From Phycisphaerae bacterium (GTDB lineage Bacteria; Planctomycetota; Phycisphaerae; UBA1845; Fen-1342), in the NCBI GenBank assembly GCA_963675745.2, contig CAXXWX010000019.1, positions 384,001 to 448,000 of the forward strand: DNA of 64,000 bases, in the 5' to 3' direction. The notes beneath the pieces were generated by a model, which was not told the origin of the DNA, did not search any database, and saw only the letters and a program-made list of their open reading frames with translations. The translations under genes were made by a program, and so were the position numbers. Positions 8,788 through 17,419 of the stretch are shown in pieces. The stretch's first letter is position 1; every line of letters begins with the position of its first letter.

Positions 8788-10254
8788 TTACTGACGTGAT
8801 GTCAGCTTCGTCGCCTGCCAAAGAAAATACATGTTGTTTTCGCGCGCCCTTGAGCGTGGCTGTCCGCTGTCGCCGATAGAGCACAACAGCCTATTTGCGA
8901 ATGTGCTCAACCCAATGGCTCCGGCAACCTGCGCTGGGTTCATCTGAGCGAAACCAGAGAATAGACCGAACGTGATGGACGCGAGCAATCCGCAGCCGTC
9001 CGCGAGCACTCGACGGCGCAGATGCTTGGTTGCGGAGGTGTAGCTAATGTCTAGTCGCGCAATCTCGGGGCGCAGCACGTCCTCATACAGCGAGCGTGCA
9101 TCAGACGCCGTGAATGTCCCCGTACGTGACTGAATCTCTCGAACAGCCTGTGCCAGCGCGGTGCGGAAACACACGAATGATCCTCGCTCTCGGTTCCGGA
9201 GTCGGATCAACTCGGTCGGAGCGATGTCCGCAGCAAATGGTACGAGAAGGCGCATGTGCCGAGCAATGAGCGTATTGCAGTTATCGAGAGTCTCCGAATC
9301 CCCCATGGCCATCAAGGCTCGGATGTGAAGAGGGTTGGAAGTGACAGGCGATGCCGACAGCACGTGGCTCGCTGCGGCGCTGTAGCCGACATTGAAAGCA
9401 ACCTCCCTGGCCAACCTATCGGCAAGTTTCAGTGCCCGGACGACGGATCTTGATAGTTGCACTCTCTCTCCGCTATCAATTCGCTTCAGTAGGCGGGGCA
9501 TTTGCGAAAGAGGAGCTGGTAGCACCGAGTATACGAAACACCGCGGGCTGCGTTCTAGTAGTTTATTGGCGGCACAGATGATCGCATAGTCCTCGTCGAA
9601 CCTCTCGGCATGCACGTCAAGTTGTAGGCTGAGCTCCCGCTTCAACCTGCGCGCCGCGTGCGCGAGCTGAGCCGCCGGCGCCGTGCCAATCGCATCCTCT
9701 ACCGTACATCGCCAGCACATTTCTCGAGCCGGCGCAACGAAGACCAACAAGCCAGCTTTGATCAACGGTGCAACGTCACCGACAACTCGTAAGTCTCGCC
9801 ACAGTTCCATGCGTGCTTCATCAAGGTCGTGATTACTGCAGGTGTGACAGTGACGATCGAGAAAGTTCTCGAAGTATACACAATCGCTGTACAGGGCAAC
9901 AAACGAGGCGAGAGATCGCGCGGTCTTCCGACGACACTCCAAGGCCTCGCACGGGTAGATATTGCCACTGATATCAGGTAACGCAAAGTGCGCCGAGTCG
10001 ACGCGACGGACGGTGACAGGCGGCGTCCGACTGAGCTCTACAGCCTCCTCAGCGATGTCGTGGAGCTGCCGTAAACTCATTCTCGTGATCTGTGCTTTAT
10101 TCGGCTGACCACGACGCAGCAAGTCGCGCCGCTGCAGGAACTCTAGCACCGGGAGCATCTGGACTCTCCATTCCTCGCCAGTGCTGATGGGGCGCGTCTC
10201 TCGTAAAGCGACGAGAGCCGTGTCCCGTCCGGCGATGTGATGTCCGACGAGCAC
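8788..10254 (-). CDS. Hypothetical protein of foreign composition with Cys motifs and a C-terminal hydrophobic hairpin
   Basis: 488-codon open frame in visibly lower-GC DNA; CEALEC, HCHTC and CWRC motifs; C-terminal GLLASITFGLFSGF...VAGAIGLSTF. Start may be MLPVLEF (~10158). Confidence 0.72.
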   Translation of the reverse strand: MLVGHHIAGRDTALVALRETRPISTGEEWRVQMLPVLEFLQRRDLLRRGQPNKAQITRMSLRQLHDIAEEAVELSRTPPVTVRRVDSAHFALPDISGNIYPCEALECRRKTARSLASFVALYSDCVYFENFLDRHCHTCSNHDLDEARMELWRDLRVVGDVAPLIKAGLLVFVAPAREMCWRCTVEDAIGTAPAAQLAHAARRLKRELSLQLDVHAERFDEDYAIICAANKLLERSPRCFVYSVLPAPLSQMPRLLKRIDSGERVQLSRSVVRALKLADRLAREVAFNVGYSAAASHVLSASPVTSNPLHIRALMAMGDSETLDNCNTLIARHMRLLVPFAADIAPTELIRLRNRERGSFVCFRTALAQAVREIQSRTGTFTASDARSLYEDVLRPEIARLDISYTSATKHLRRRVLADGCGLLASITFGLFSGFAQMNPAQVAGAIGLSTFANRLLCSIGDSGQPRSRARENNMYFLWQATKLTSRQ

Positions 10255-10428
10255 ACCTATGGATTGTAGGTTGGTTCACGGCTCGACACAATTGGCGATA
10301 TCTGGTCAGCGAAGGCCGGCCGATACCTCATCAGCGTCTCAGCAAGAGAGTAAAACCCTCGGAGACGACACGAAAGGTCTTCTGTGCGGCATGGGTCGGA
10401 TCATCGCCGGGGCGAACGCAATTGGAGC

Positions 10429-10785
10429 AGCGACGACTTCGCCGATGTGCCCGCCGAGGCGCGGCCGCTGATTCGGCATTCGGCGATCATGGCGGCGGCG
10501 GCCAAGGAGCCCAAGCTCAAGAAACGCACGCTGACCAACCTCTACAACGAGCGCCCGACCTGGCTGCGCCTGGCGCATCGCAAGCTCGATGAGGCCGTGC
10601 TGGCCGCCTACGCCGCGGTCGATCCGGCAGGCGAGTGGGACGAGGGTTGGGCCGAGGTGTGGGAGGAAACCGGAGCGGGCCAGCCGCTGGCGGATGGGCA
10701 TCCGCTGGCCGAGCGGCGCAAGGAGGTTGACCAGCGCGTGCTGGCGAATCTGCTGCGGCTGAACCTGGCACGGGCCGCCGAGTAG
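10429..10785 (+). pseudogene. C-terminal fragment of the same MmeI-like restriction-methylase
   Basis: LKKRTLTNLYNERPTWLRLAHRKLDEAVLAAY...W...VLANLLRLNLAR is the characteristic MmeI-family C-terminus. Left boundary approximate. Confidence 0.82.
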
Positions 10786-10860
10786 CGTCCGGCCCCCGAG
10801 CCGGACGTCGGCCATACGCGGTCGTGCCAATCCCCCGGGTAGCTCATTCCCCCCCAGCAG

Positions 10861-10974
10861 CACTGCTCAAGAGCAGCGGCACACGTTCATGGTAGAGCAT
10901 GGCGACGCGAACGGCCGTCGCCATGGCACCCGTCATCAAGCATGGCGACGCGAACAGCCGTCGCCATGGCACCC
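10861..10974. repeat. Cluster of three REP-like hairpins ending in (T/C)GGCAC(A/C)C
   Basis: CACTGCTCAAGAGCAGCGGCACAC at 10861-10884; GCATGGCGACGCGAAC(G/A)GCCGTCGCCATGGCACCC twice, at 10897-10931 and 10940-10974. Confidence 0.8.
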
Positions 10975-10980
10975 GGCGAA

Positions 10981-11290
10981 CGCGCACACCGTAGCCGCCG
11001 CCCCCCGTGGCGACCGTGGAACGCCGGGAAGCAACTTCAACGCCGACTGTAACGCCGGGGGACGGTCGCTATCGGGGCCGTGACACAATCGACGGGTAAG
11101 AGCCATGCCGTCCCGCAGGGACGAGATGAACCTGGCCCAGCACGTAGTGCTGGGGCAATTATGGCCACGTGAAAACCGAGTCCCGCAGGGACGGTTGAGC
11201 TTTCAGTCGTCCCTGCGGGACTTGGCGACCACGTGCACGATCCAAACCCAGCATTGCGTGCTGGGCTGCATTCAGATGTCCCTGCGGGGC
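10981..11290. repeat. ~310-bp repeat copy 2, containing a REPIN-like inverted element (11110-11290)
   Basis: Direct repeat of 7709-8016 with scattered substitutions; same GTCCCGCAGGGAC / CCCAGCAC-GTGCTGGG architecture. Confidence 0.9.
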
Positions 11291-11399
11291 AAATAACTCG
11301 GAAACCACGGACGCGGAATTCCCCCCGCAAGTGTCACGGGCCCCCCGTACGGGTGCGTGACACTTGCGGCGGGACGTTGGCAGCGGTGGTCCGGTGAAG

Positions 11400-11936
11400 C
11401 TTGCCCCAGAGCGGCATGGGGCCGGTGCCACGTGTGCAGCGCAGCGTAACCCGTGAGCACGGTCTGCTCAGCCGCGACTCTTCGCCCTGAAGGGGCGCAG
11501 GCGCATGGCCACGGGTGCAGCGCAGCGCAACCCGTGGATAGGATGCGGGTTGACATGTCATTCCGCCCCGCAGGGGCGGGGGAGGCGCGCAGGCCGGGGA
11601 CCTTCACGCGATTGCTCTATCACGTGGCCTTCAGCACCAAGCACCGCGCCGACCTCATCGCCACGGAGCTGCAACCACGCCTGTACGAGCACGTCGCAGT
11701 TCGGGATCGTGCGGCGATATATCCAAGTTCAGGCGGCGCATCATGGTCGACGAGGATTCGTGGAGGAGCCGAAGGCGTTGCTGGACGCACACGGGATCGA
11801 GCACGACGCGCGATACCTGGGGGGCTGAGCGCATCTTCCGCCGCCCCTGCGGGGCGGAGAGCTTGTGGTGGCGGACCGTGTCCACGGGTTCCGCTGCGCT
11901 CCACCCGTGGCTACGCGCCCACGCTCCTCCGGAGCG
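11400..11936. mobile_element. Degenerate IS200/IS605-superfamily (RAYT-like) element: inverted palindromic arms around a transposase remnant
   Basis: Left arm CGCCCTGAAGGGGCG..CCACGGGTGCAGCGCAGCGCAACCCGTGG..CGCCCCGCAGGGGCG. Right arm is the inverse: CGCCCCTGCGGGGCG..CCACGGGTTCCGCTGCGCTCCACCCGTGG..CGCTCCTCCGGAGCG. Confidence 0.78.
11591..11828 (+). pseudogene. tnpA: Internally deleted Y1 (HUH) transposase TnpA
   Basis: PGTFTRLLYHVAFSTKHRADLIATELQPRLYEH (N-terminus; start codon reads AGG) joined out of frame to SQFGIVRRYIQVQAAHHGRRGFVEE..LLDAHGIEHDARYL (C-terminus with catalytic Tyr). The HUH core is absent. Confidence 0.8.
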
Positions 11937-12142
11937 AAACGCTCGTGCCCGGGCCGCTGGCACGGATGACCACACGCCGCCGATTCTGTCACGGGCCCCC
12001 GCGGCAGTTCGCGGCGATCGAAGGTTGTGTTTGCCGGCGCCGCGACGCACAATGGTGGACCGGCAATCAGTGCCGGCCGTCAGTTCAAACGACGGCCGGC
12101 TCAAACGCAAGCCTGCCCACGGCAGTGCCAGGGAGAAAATCA

Positions 12143-15100
12143 GTGAAACGTGCATCTGTGGTTATGTTGCTCGTGTCGGCCTTGCTGGTCGCGTCCCCGG
12201 CGCTGGCCGCGGTTACCGGCTATTACCGCTTCCCGACGATCCACGGCGATCAGATAGTCTTCGCCGCCGAAAACGACCTCTGGCAGGTCTCGACCGATGG
12301 CGGGCTGGCGCAACGTCTGACGACCCACGCCGGCAACGAGGCTTTTCCCAAGTTCAGCCCGGACGGCAACTGGCTGGCGTTCTCCGCTGAGTATGATGGC
12401 AACGTGGATGTATACGTCATGCCGGCCGGCGGCGGTGAGCCACAGCGTCTGACCTATCATCCTGACCACGATGAAGTCATCGCCTGGCGTCCCGACAGCA
12501 GCGCCGTCGTGTTTCGCAGCCGACGCATATCGACCACGCGCGATCAAAACGTCTTCGAGGTTCCCGTCACCGGCGGCCAGCCGACACTTGTGCCCATCGG
12601 TTTCGCGTCGCTGGTGGCGTTCTCCGCCGACGGGCAGTTTGTGGCCTTTAACCGGTTCTCGCGCGAATTCCGCAACTGGAAACGCTATCTTGGCGGCCGC
12701 GCCCAGGACATCTGGGTCGGCGACCTCAAGGCCAAGCGTTTCTGGAAGCTGACCGACTGGGAAGGCACCGACCGTTTTCCCATGTGGCACGGCGATAGCG
12801 TCTGCTTTCTCTCGGACCGCGACGGTCGCCTGAATGTCTACTCCGCCAAGCCGGACGGCACCGACGTGCGGCAGCTTACCAGGCATGAGGAGTACGATGC
12901 GCGCTGGCCCAGCATTGACGGCGAGCGCATCGTCTACATGCACGGCGGCGATCTCTGGCTGCTCGATATCGCGTCCGGAGAGACCAAACAACTCGACATT
13001 CAGCTTCCCACCGACCGGGTGCGTTCCCGCCACCAGTTCGTGAACGCCGCCGACACCTTGGACGGCTTTGCGCTTGATGACGCGGGCGAGCGCATCGTCC
13101 TATCGTCGCGCGGCGAGATCTGGGTGCGCCCCACCAAGCCCGGACGCACGATTCAGATCACGCGATCCGGCGGCATCCGCGAGCGCGGCGTCAGTTTCTC
13201 GCCCGACGGTTTGCACCTCGCGGCCATAACCGATGAAACCGGCGAGCAGGAGCTGATCATCCTTGACGCGCTCGGCCGCGATAAGCCGCGCATCCTCACC
13301 GGTCGTGGCAAGGGGTGGATCTTCCCGCCCGTCTGGTCGCCGGATGGTAAGAAGCTGGCGTATGCCGACCTGACGTTTGCGCTGTTTGTCGTCGATGTTG
13401 AGTCCGGCGCGGTCACCGAGGTTGACAAGAGCGAGTTCTGGGAGATTCGCGAGTACGCATTTGCGCCCGATGGCAAGTGGCTCGCCTATGCCAAGCAGGT
13501 TGCGGCGGGAGAATCGTCGATCTTCGTCTACAACCTCGACACCGGCCGGTCGCACGCGGTCACGACGGAGTTCACCAACGATCACGACCCGGTTTGGGAT
13601 CCACAGGGGCGTTACCTCTACTTCCTGTCCGACCACACTTACAACCCGCTCGTCGGCGAGCGTGACTTTGACCACATCGTCACCGAGACCGGCAAGCCCT
13701 ACCTGGTCATCCTGGCGGCCGACGGCCTTTCGCCTTTCCTGCCCAAGGAACTGCTGCCGGATGATGACGACGACAAGGATGACAAAAAGAAGGACGGCGA
13801 GAAAGACAAGCGTGACGACGACAAGCCGCCGTCGGCGGAGGAGCGTTTGCTCACCGACATGCGGGTCGACGTCGAGGGGATTCAGCAGCGCGTCGTCGAG
13901 TTTCCCGTAGCGCCGGGCAACTATGGCGACTTGCGGGCGATCAAAGGCAAGATCTTCTACATGAGCTATCCATCGCGCGGCTTGGTTGAGGGTCGTGTCT
14001 ATGGAGAGAAGTGGGAGCGGACACCCAGCCTGCACGTGTTCGACATCAAGGACAAGGAAGACGAAGTCTTCATCGAAGAACTGGCGGACTACTGCCTCAG
14101 CGGCGATGGCGAGCGCATCGCCTATCTTGTCGATGACGAAATAACAGTCGGCGACACCGACGAGTCGCCCGATGATGCCGACGAAGATGATCTTGACAAC
14201 ATCGACCCGGGAGATCTCCCGCTGGCGATTCGCCCGGCCGAGGAATGGACCCAGATTTTCCACGAGGCGTGGCGGCTTCAGCGTGACTTCTACTGGGCCG
14301 AGAACATGGCGGGTATCGATTGGCCCGCCGAGCGCGAGCGCTACGCCAAGCTGCTGGCGCGCGTTTCGACGCGTTTTGAGCTCAGCGATCTGCTCGGCCA
14401 GATGGTCGGCGAGCTCGGCACGTCGCACACCTATATCTGGGGCGGTGATCTGCGCCGCGGCCGGCGCGTGACCGTCGGCCTGCTCGGGGCCGATCTCGAG
14501 CCGCTGCCCGACTCGGGCGTCCATCGCTTCGCGCGCGTCTTGCGCCCAGAGGTGTGGGAGACCGACATCCCCGCGCCGCTGACAATGTCACACGCCAACG
14601 TACACACCGGTGACTATCTATTCGCCATCAACGGTGTTGACCTGGCCCCCGGCGACAACATCTACCAGCACCTGGCCAAACTCGCCGGTGAAGAAGTCCT
14701 TCTCACTGTCGGCACCAAGGCTGATCGCGGTGACGCGCGCGACATCCAGGTCAAAACTCTCACCAGCGAACGCCGCCTGCGCTATCGCGACTGGGTACGC
14801 CGTAACCGCGAGTACGTCGCCGAGAAGACCGACGGCAAGGTCGGCTATCTTCACCTGCCCGACATGGGCGGCAACGGGCTGGTGGAGTTTATCAAAGCCT
14901 TCTACCCGCAGATCGAACGCGACGGGCTGATTATCGACGTGCGCTCCAACGGCGGCGGGTTTGTCTCGCAGATGATCATCGAGCGCCTGGCCCGCAAGGC
15001 CTGGGCATTTGACCAGACCCGCCGCGGCAAGCTCTCCACTTACCCGTGGCGCGTGCACCGTGGTCACAAGGCCGTCATCACCGACGAAAACGCCGGCTCC

Positions 15101-15457
15101 GACGGCGACATCCTTCCCGAGAGCTTCCAGATCCTCGGCCTCGGGCCGGTGATCGGCATGCGCAGTTGGGGCGGCGTGGTCGGCATCCGTGCCGACAAGC
15201 CGTTCATCGACGGCGGCGGCAACAGCCAGCCCGAGTTCGCCTGGTGGGAGCCCCGCCGCGGCTGGGGCCTTGAAAACCGCGGCGTCGAGCCGGACATCGA
15301 GGTGCCGTTCCTGCCGGAAGACTGCATCGCCGGCCGCGATCCTCAGCTCGATCGCGCTATATCCGAGCTGCTGAAGATGATCGAGGAGAACCCGGTCGAA
15401 TACCCGCAGCTCGACCCGATTCCGGACAAGTCACGCGAGAAGATGCGGACGCCGTAG
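12143..15457 (+). CDS. Tricorn protease (S41 family), secreted
   Basis: Signal peptide, GYYRFPTIHGDQIVF, PD40 propeller repeats, PDZ region, GYLHLPDMG, DVRSNGGG, catalytic NAGSDGD, WGGVVGI. GTG 12143 follows a GGGAGA RBS. Confidence 0.95.
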   Translation: MKRASVVMLLVSALLVASPALAAVTGYYRFPTIHGDQIVFAAENDLWQVSTDGGLAQRLTTHAGNEAFPKFSPDGNWLAFSAEYDGNVDVYVMPAGGGEPQRLTYHPDHDEVIAWRPDSSAVVFRSRRISTTRDQNVFEVPVTGGQPTLVPIGFASLVAFSADGQFVAFNRFSREFRNWKRYLGGRAQDIWVGDLKAKRFWKLTDWEGTDRFPMWHGDSVCFLSDRDGRLNVYSAKPDGTDVRQLTRHEEYDARWPSIDGERIVYMHGGDLWLLDIASGETKQLDIQLPTDRVRSRHQFVNAADTLDGFALDDAGERIVLSSRGEIWVRPTKPGRTIQITRSGGIRERGVSFSPDGLHLAAITDETGEQELIILDALGRDKPRILTGRGKGWIFPPVWSPDGKKLAYADLTFALFVVDVESGAVTEVDKSEFWEIREYAFAPDGKWLAYAKQVAAGESSIFVYNLDTGRSHAVTTEFTNDHDPVWDPQGRYLYFLSDHTYNPLVGERDFDHIVTETGKPYLVILAADGLSPFLPKELLPDDDDDKDDKKKDGEKDKRDDDKPPSAEERLLTDMRVDVEGIQQRVVEFPVAPGNYGDLRAIKGKIFYMSYPSRGLVEGRVYGEKWERTPSLHVFDIKDKEDEVFIEELADYCLSGDGERIAYLVDDEITVGDTDESPDDADEDDLDNIDPGDLPLAIRPAEEWTQIFHEAWRLQRDFYWAENMAGIDWPAERERYAKLLARVSTRFELSDLLGQMVGELGTSHTYIWGGDLRRGRRVTVGLLGADLEPLPDSGVHRFARVLRPEVWETDIPAPLTMSHANVHTGDYLFAINGVDLAPGDNIYQHLAKLAGEEVLLTVGTKADRGDARDIQVKTLTSERRLRYRDWVRRNREYVAEKTDGKVGYLHLPDMGGNGLVEFIKAFYPQIERDGLIIDVRSNGGGFVSQMIIERLARKAWAFDQTRRGKLSTYPWRVHRGHKAVITDENAGSDGDILPESFQILGLGPVIGMRSWGGVVGIRADKPFIDGGGNSQPEFAWWEPRRGWGLENRGVEPDIEVPFLPEDCIAGRDPQLDRAISELLKMIEENPVEYPQLDPIPDKSREKMRTP

Positions 15458-15531
15458 GGGCTACGTTGGCCAGACTGTAACCACGGGCTTCAGCCGACGA
15501 CTCGATCCACGTCTCTTACGCGAACCGTCCA

Positions 15532-17277
15532 TCAGAACTCGGGGCGCCAGCGCCACTGGTAGCGGTACGGCACCTGGCCCCACGAGTAGGCGTTGCGCGT
15601 ATTGCGCGTGTTGTGAGCGTCGCCCGCCGCCACGCCCCACTCAACCTTACTGCCGCGGGCGGCGTAACATCGCAGCACGCCCGCGGTGTCGGCTATGAGT
15701 ATCTCGATGCGACCATCACCGGTGATGTCGGCAATGGCGGGGGGACACTCGGGGGCGTTGGGCAGCGGCAGGCGTTTGAGACAGTGTCCGTCACGCGAGA
15801 GGATCGTCAGCAGGCCGCCGGGGCCGTCGGCGCTGCGCGGCACGACCGACGTGATGACCAGTTCGCTGGCGCGGTCGCCGTCAATATCCGCAACTGCCGG
15901 CGGCGCCCAGATCAGGCCGCCGGGCGCGTAGCGCCAGCGCAACCCTGCAGTGTCGATGGCGCAGACGCTGCTATCTCCGGTGCCACCCAGCGGCGTCGGG
16001 CAGGCGATCACCCACGCGGGCACGTCTTCGCCATTGTCGAGTGTGCGCAGATCAGCCACGATGCCGTCACCGCTGCGCCGCGCCAGATCGCTGAGCACGT
16101 GCGTATCAATACCGGCGCCGGCGCGCACCAACCGCCACAGGCGTGCCTGCCCATCTCCCAGCAACGCCACCGTTTCGTTATCACGTCCGCCGAAAAACGT
16201 CAGTGCACCCGCATACGCACCACTGCCCGCGAGTCCGCCGCTCCAGAGCAAGCGGCCTGAGCGGGCGGCAACAACGTAGACCTGTCCCGTTTCCGCGACA
16301 ATGACTATCTCGGACGTCCCACGCGACAAGACATGCCCGGCGGAGAGACTCGCCTGTACGATGTCCGGCCGCGCCTGTCGCGAAGGTGGCCCATCGGGCA
16401 GTTCGATAACCCACGGTGTCTTGCCGGTCTTGCCACTTATGGCAACCACTGTCCCGCGCTCGGTGGCCACAATCACATCGGTCACGCCGTCGCCATTGAC
16501 GTCCGTGGCCAGCGGCACGGAGACGATCCGGTGAACGGTGAAACACCGCCACACCAATTCGCCCTCAGGTGTGATCAGGTATACAAACCCGCTGCGCACG
16601 GCGACGAAGAGACCATCGTCGGCCAGCGCCAGGCCGACCACGTCGCGCGGCCGCCGGTCTGGCGGCTCGAAGATCAGGGTCGCCTCGCCGGTGACGCCAT
16701 CGACACAAACCACGCCGTCCCAGGGGTCGTCCTCGTCACCCGTCGTCGCCCCCAGCGACGCGATGTATACGCGGCCTTCAAGCGGCAGGATCGTGGTGAA
16801 CCAGGCCGTCAGGCCGATCGGCGCCTCCCATTGCGGTTCGAGCTGGACGCTGCCCTGCGGTTGCTTGCCGTCTTTCAGGCGCGCGCGTGTCTTGTACCAG
16901 CGCTCCCAGTCATCCTCACGATCGCCGTAGTTGGCACCGCTGACGCGTTCCAGCAGCCGGCGCACGTGCGGGTCTTTGAGGTCGTGGTGGGCGTACAGGC
17001 GGTTTATCAGGTCGTCGGTGCGGGACCGCCAGTATTGGCCGGTTTTTCGCTCCCACTCGGCGAGCCGGGGGAGGACTTCGTCGGGTGATTCGACGGTGGC
17101 CAGTGATTCGAGACCGCGACTGATCGACCAGCCAATCCGGTAGCGCCCGAGTGCCCAACTTGCGCCGACCCAGATCAGCGCCCCGGCCACGACCGCCGCC
17201 GTCAGCGCAATACCCCAGCGCAGCACCGAGTGCCGACCGTAACGACTTGCGCCAAATCCCGTACCCGCGGGCCTCAT
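15532..17277 (-). CDS. Membrane-anchored PQQ-like/FG-GAP beta-propeller protein
   Basis: N-terminal TM segment; PLATDVNGDGVTDVIV, PAVADIDGDRASELV, PAIADITGDGRIEIL. Confidence 0.8.
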   Translation of the reverse strand: MRPAGTGFGASRYGRHSVLRWGIALTAAVVAGALIWVGASWALGRYRIGWSISRGLESLATVESPDEVLPRLAEWERKTGQYWRSRTDDLINRLYAHHDLKDPHVRRLLERVSGANYGDREDDWERWYKTRARLKDGKQPQGSVQLEPQWEAPIGLTAWFTTILPLEGRVYIASLGATTGDEDDPWDGVVCVDGVTGEATLIFEPPDRRPRDVVGLALADDGLFVAVRSGFVYLITPEGELVWRCFTVHRIVSVPLATDVNGDGVTDVIVATERGTVVAISGKTGKTPWVIELPDGPPSRQARPDIVQASLSAGHVLSRGTSEIVIVAETGQVYVVAARSGRLLWSGGLAGSGAYAGALTFFGGRDNETVALLGDGQARLWRLVRAGAGIDTHVLSDLARRSGDGIVADLRTLDNGEDVPAWVIACPTPLGGTGDSSVCAIDTAGLRWRYAPGGLIWAPPAVADIDGDRASELVITSVVPRSADGPGGLLTILSRDGHCLKRLPLPNAPECPPAIADITGDGRIEILIADTAGVLRCYAARGSKVEWGVAAGDAHNTRNTRNAYSWGQVPYRYQWRWRPEF

Positions 17278-17419
17278 GACAACTCGGAATGCAGCATGCC
17301 GCGCATCGCGCGCCGACTCGTCGGCGGCGAACCCATCACATGTCGATCATAAACGCCAGTAGCTTGGGATGCGACCGGAATCGGCGATCGGCTGGGAAAC
17401 GCGCGGCGCGCGCCGGGGC

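Noticed and set aside
7836..11290. Repeated GTCCCGCAGGGAC and CATGGCGACG units as a CRISPR array
   Set aside because: Units occur in both orientations with irregular spacing, there are no unique spacers of constant length and no cas genes; they fit REP/REPIN elements.
11453..12142. Apparent 230-aa N-terminal extension fusing a transposase fragment to tricorn protease
   Set aside because: Chance read-through across REP DNA and the tnpA remnant; the signal peptide and RBS place the real start at 12143.
13760..13825. GACAAG/GACGAC-rich repeat
   Set aside because: Encodes the ordinary Asp/Lys linker found in tricorn-family proteases.
13100..14524. Long antisense ORFs (also 19901-21382, 24298-25545, 31207-32343, 61193-62359)
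   Set aside because: Shadow frames of real high-GC genes, with no recognisable motifs.
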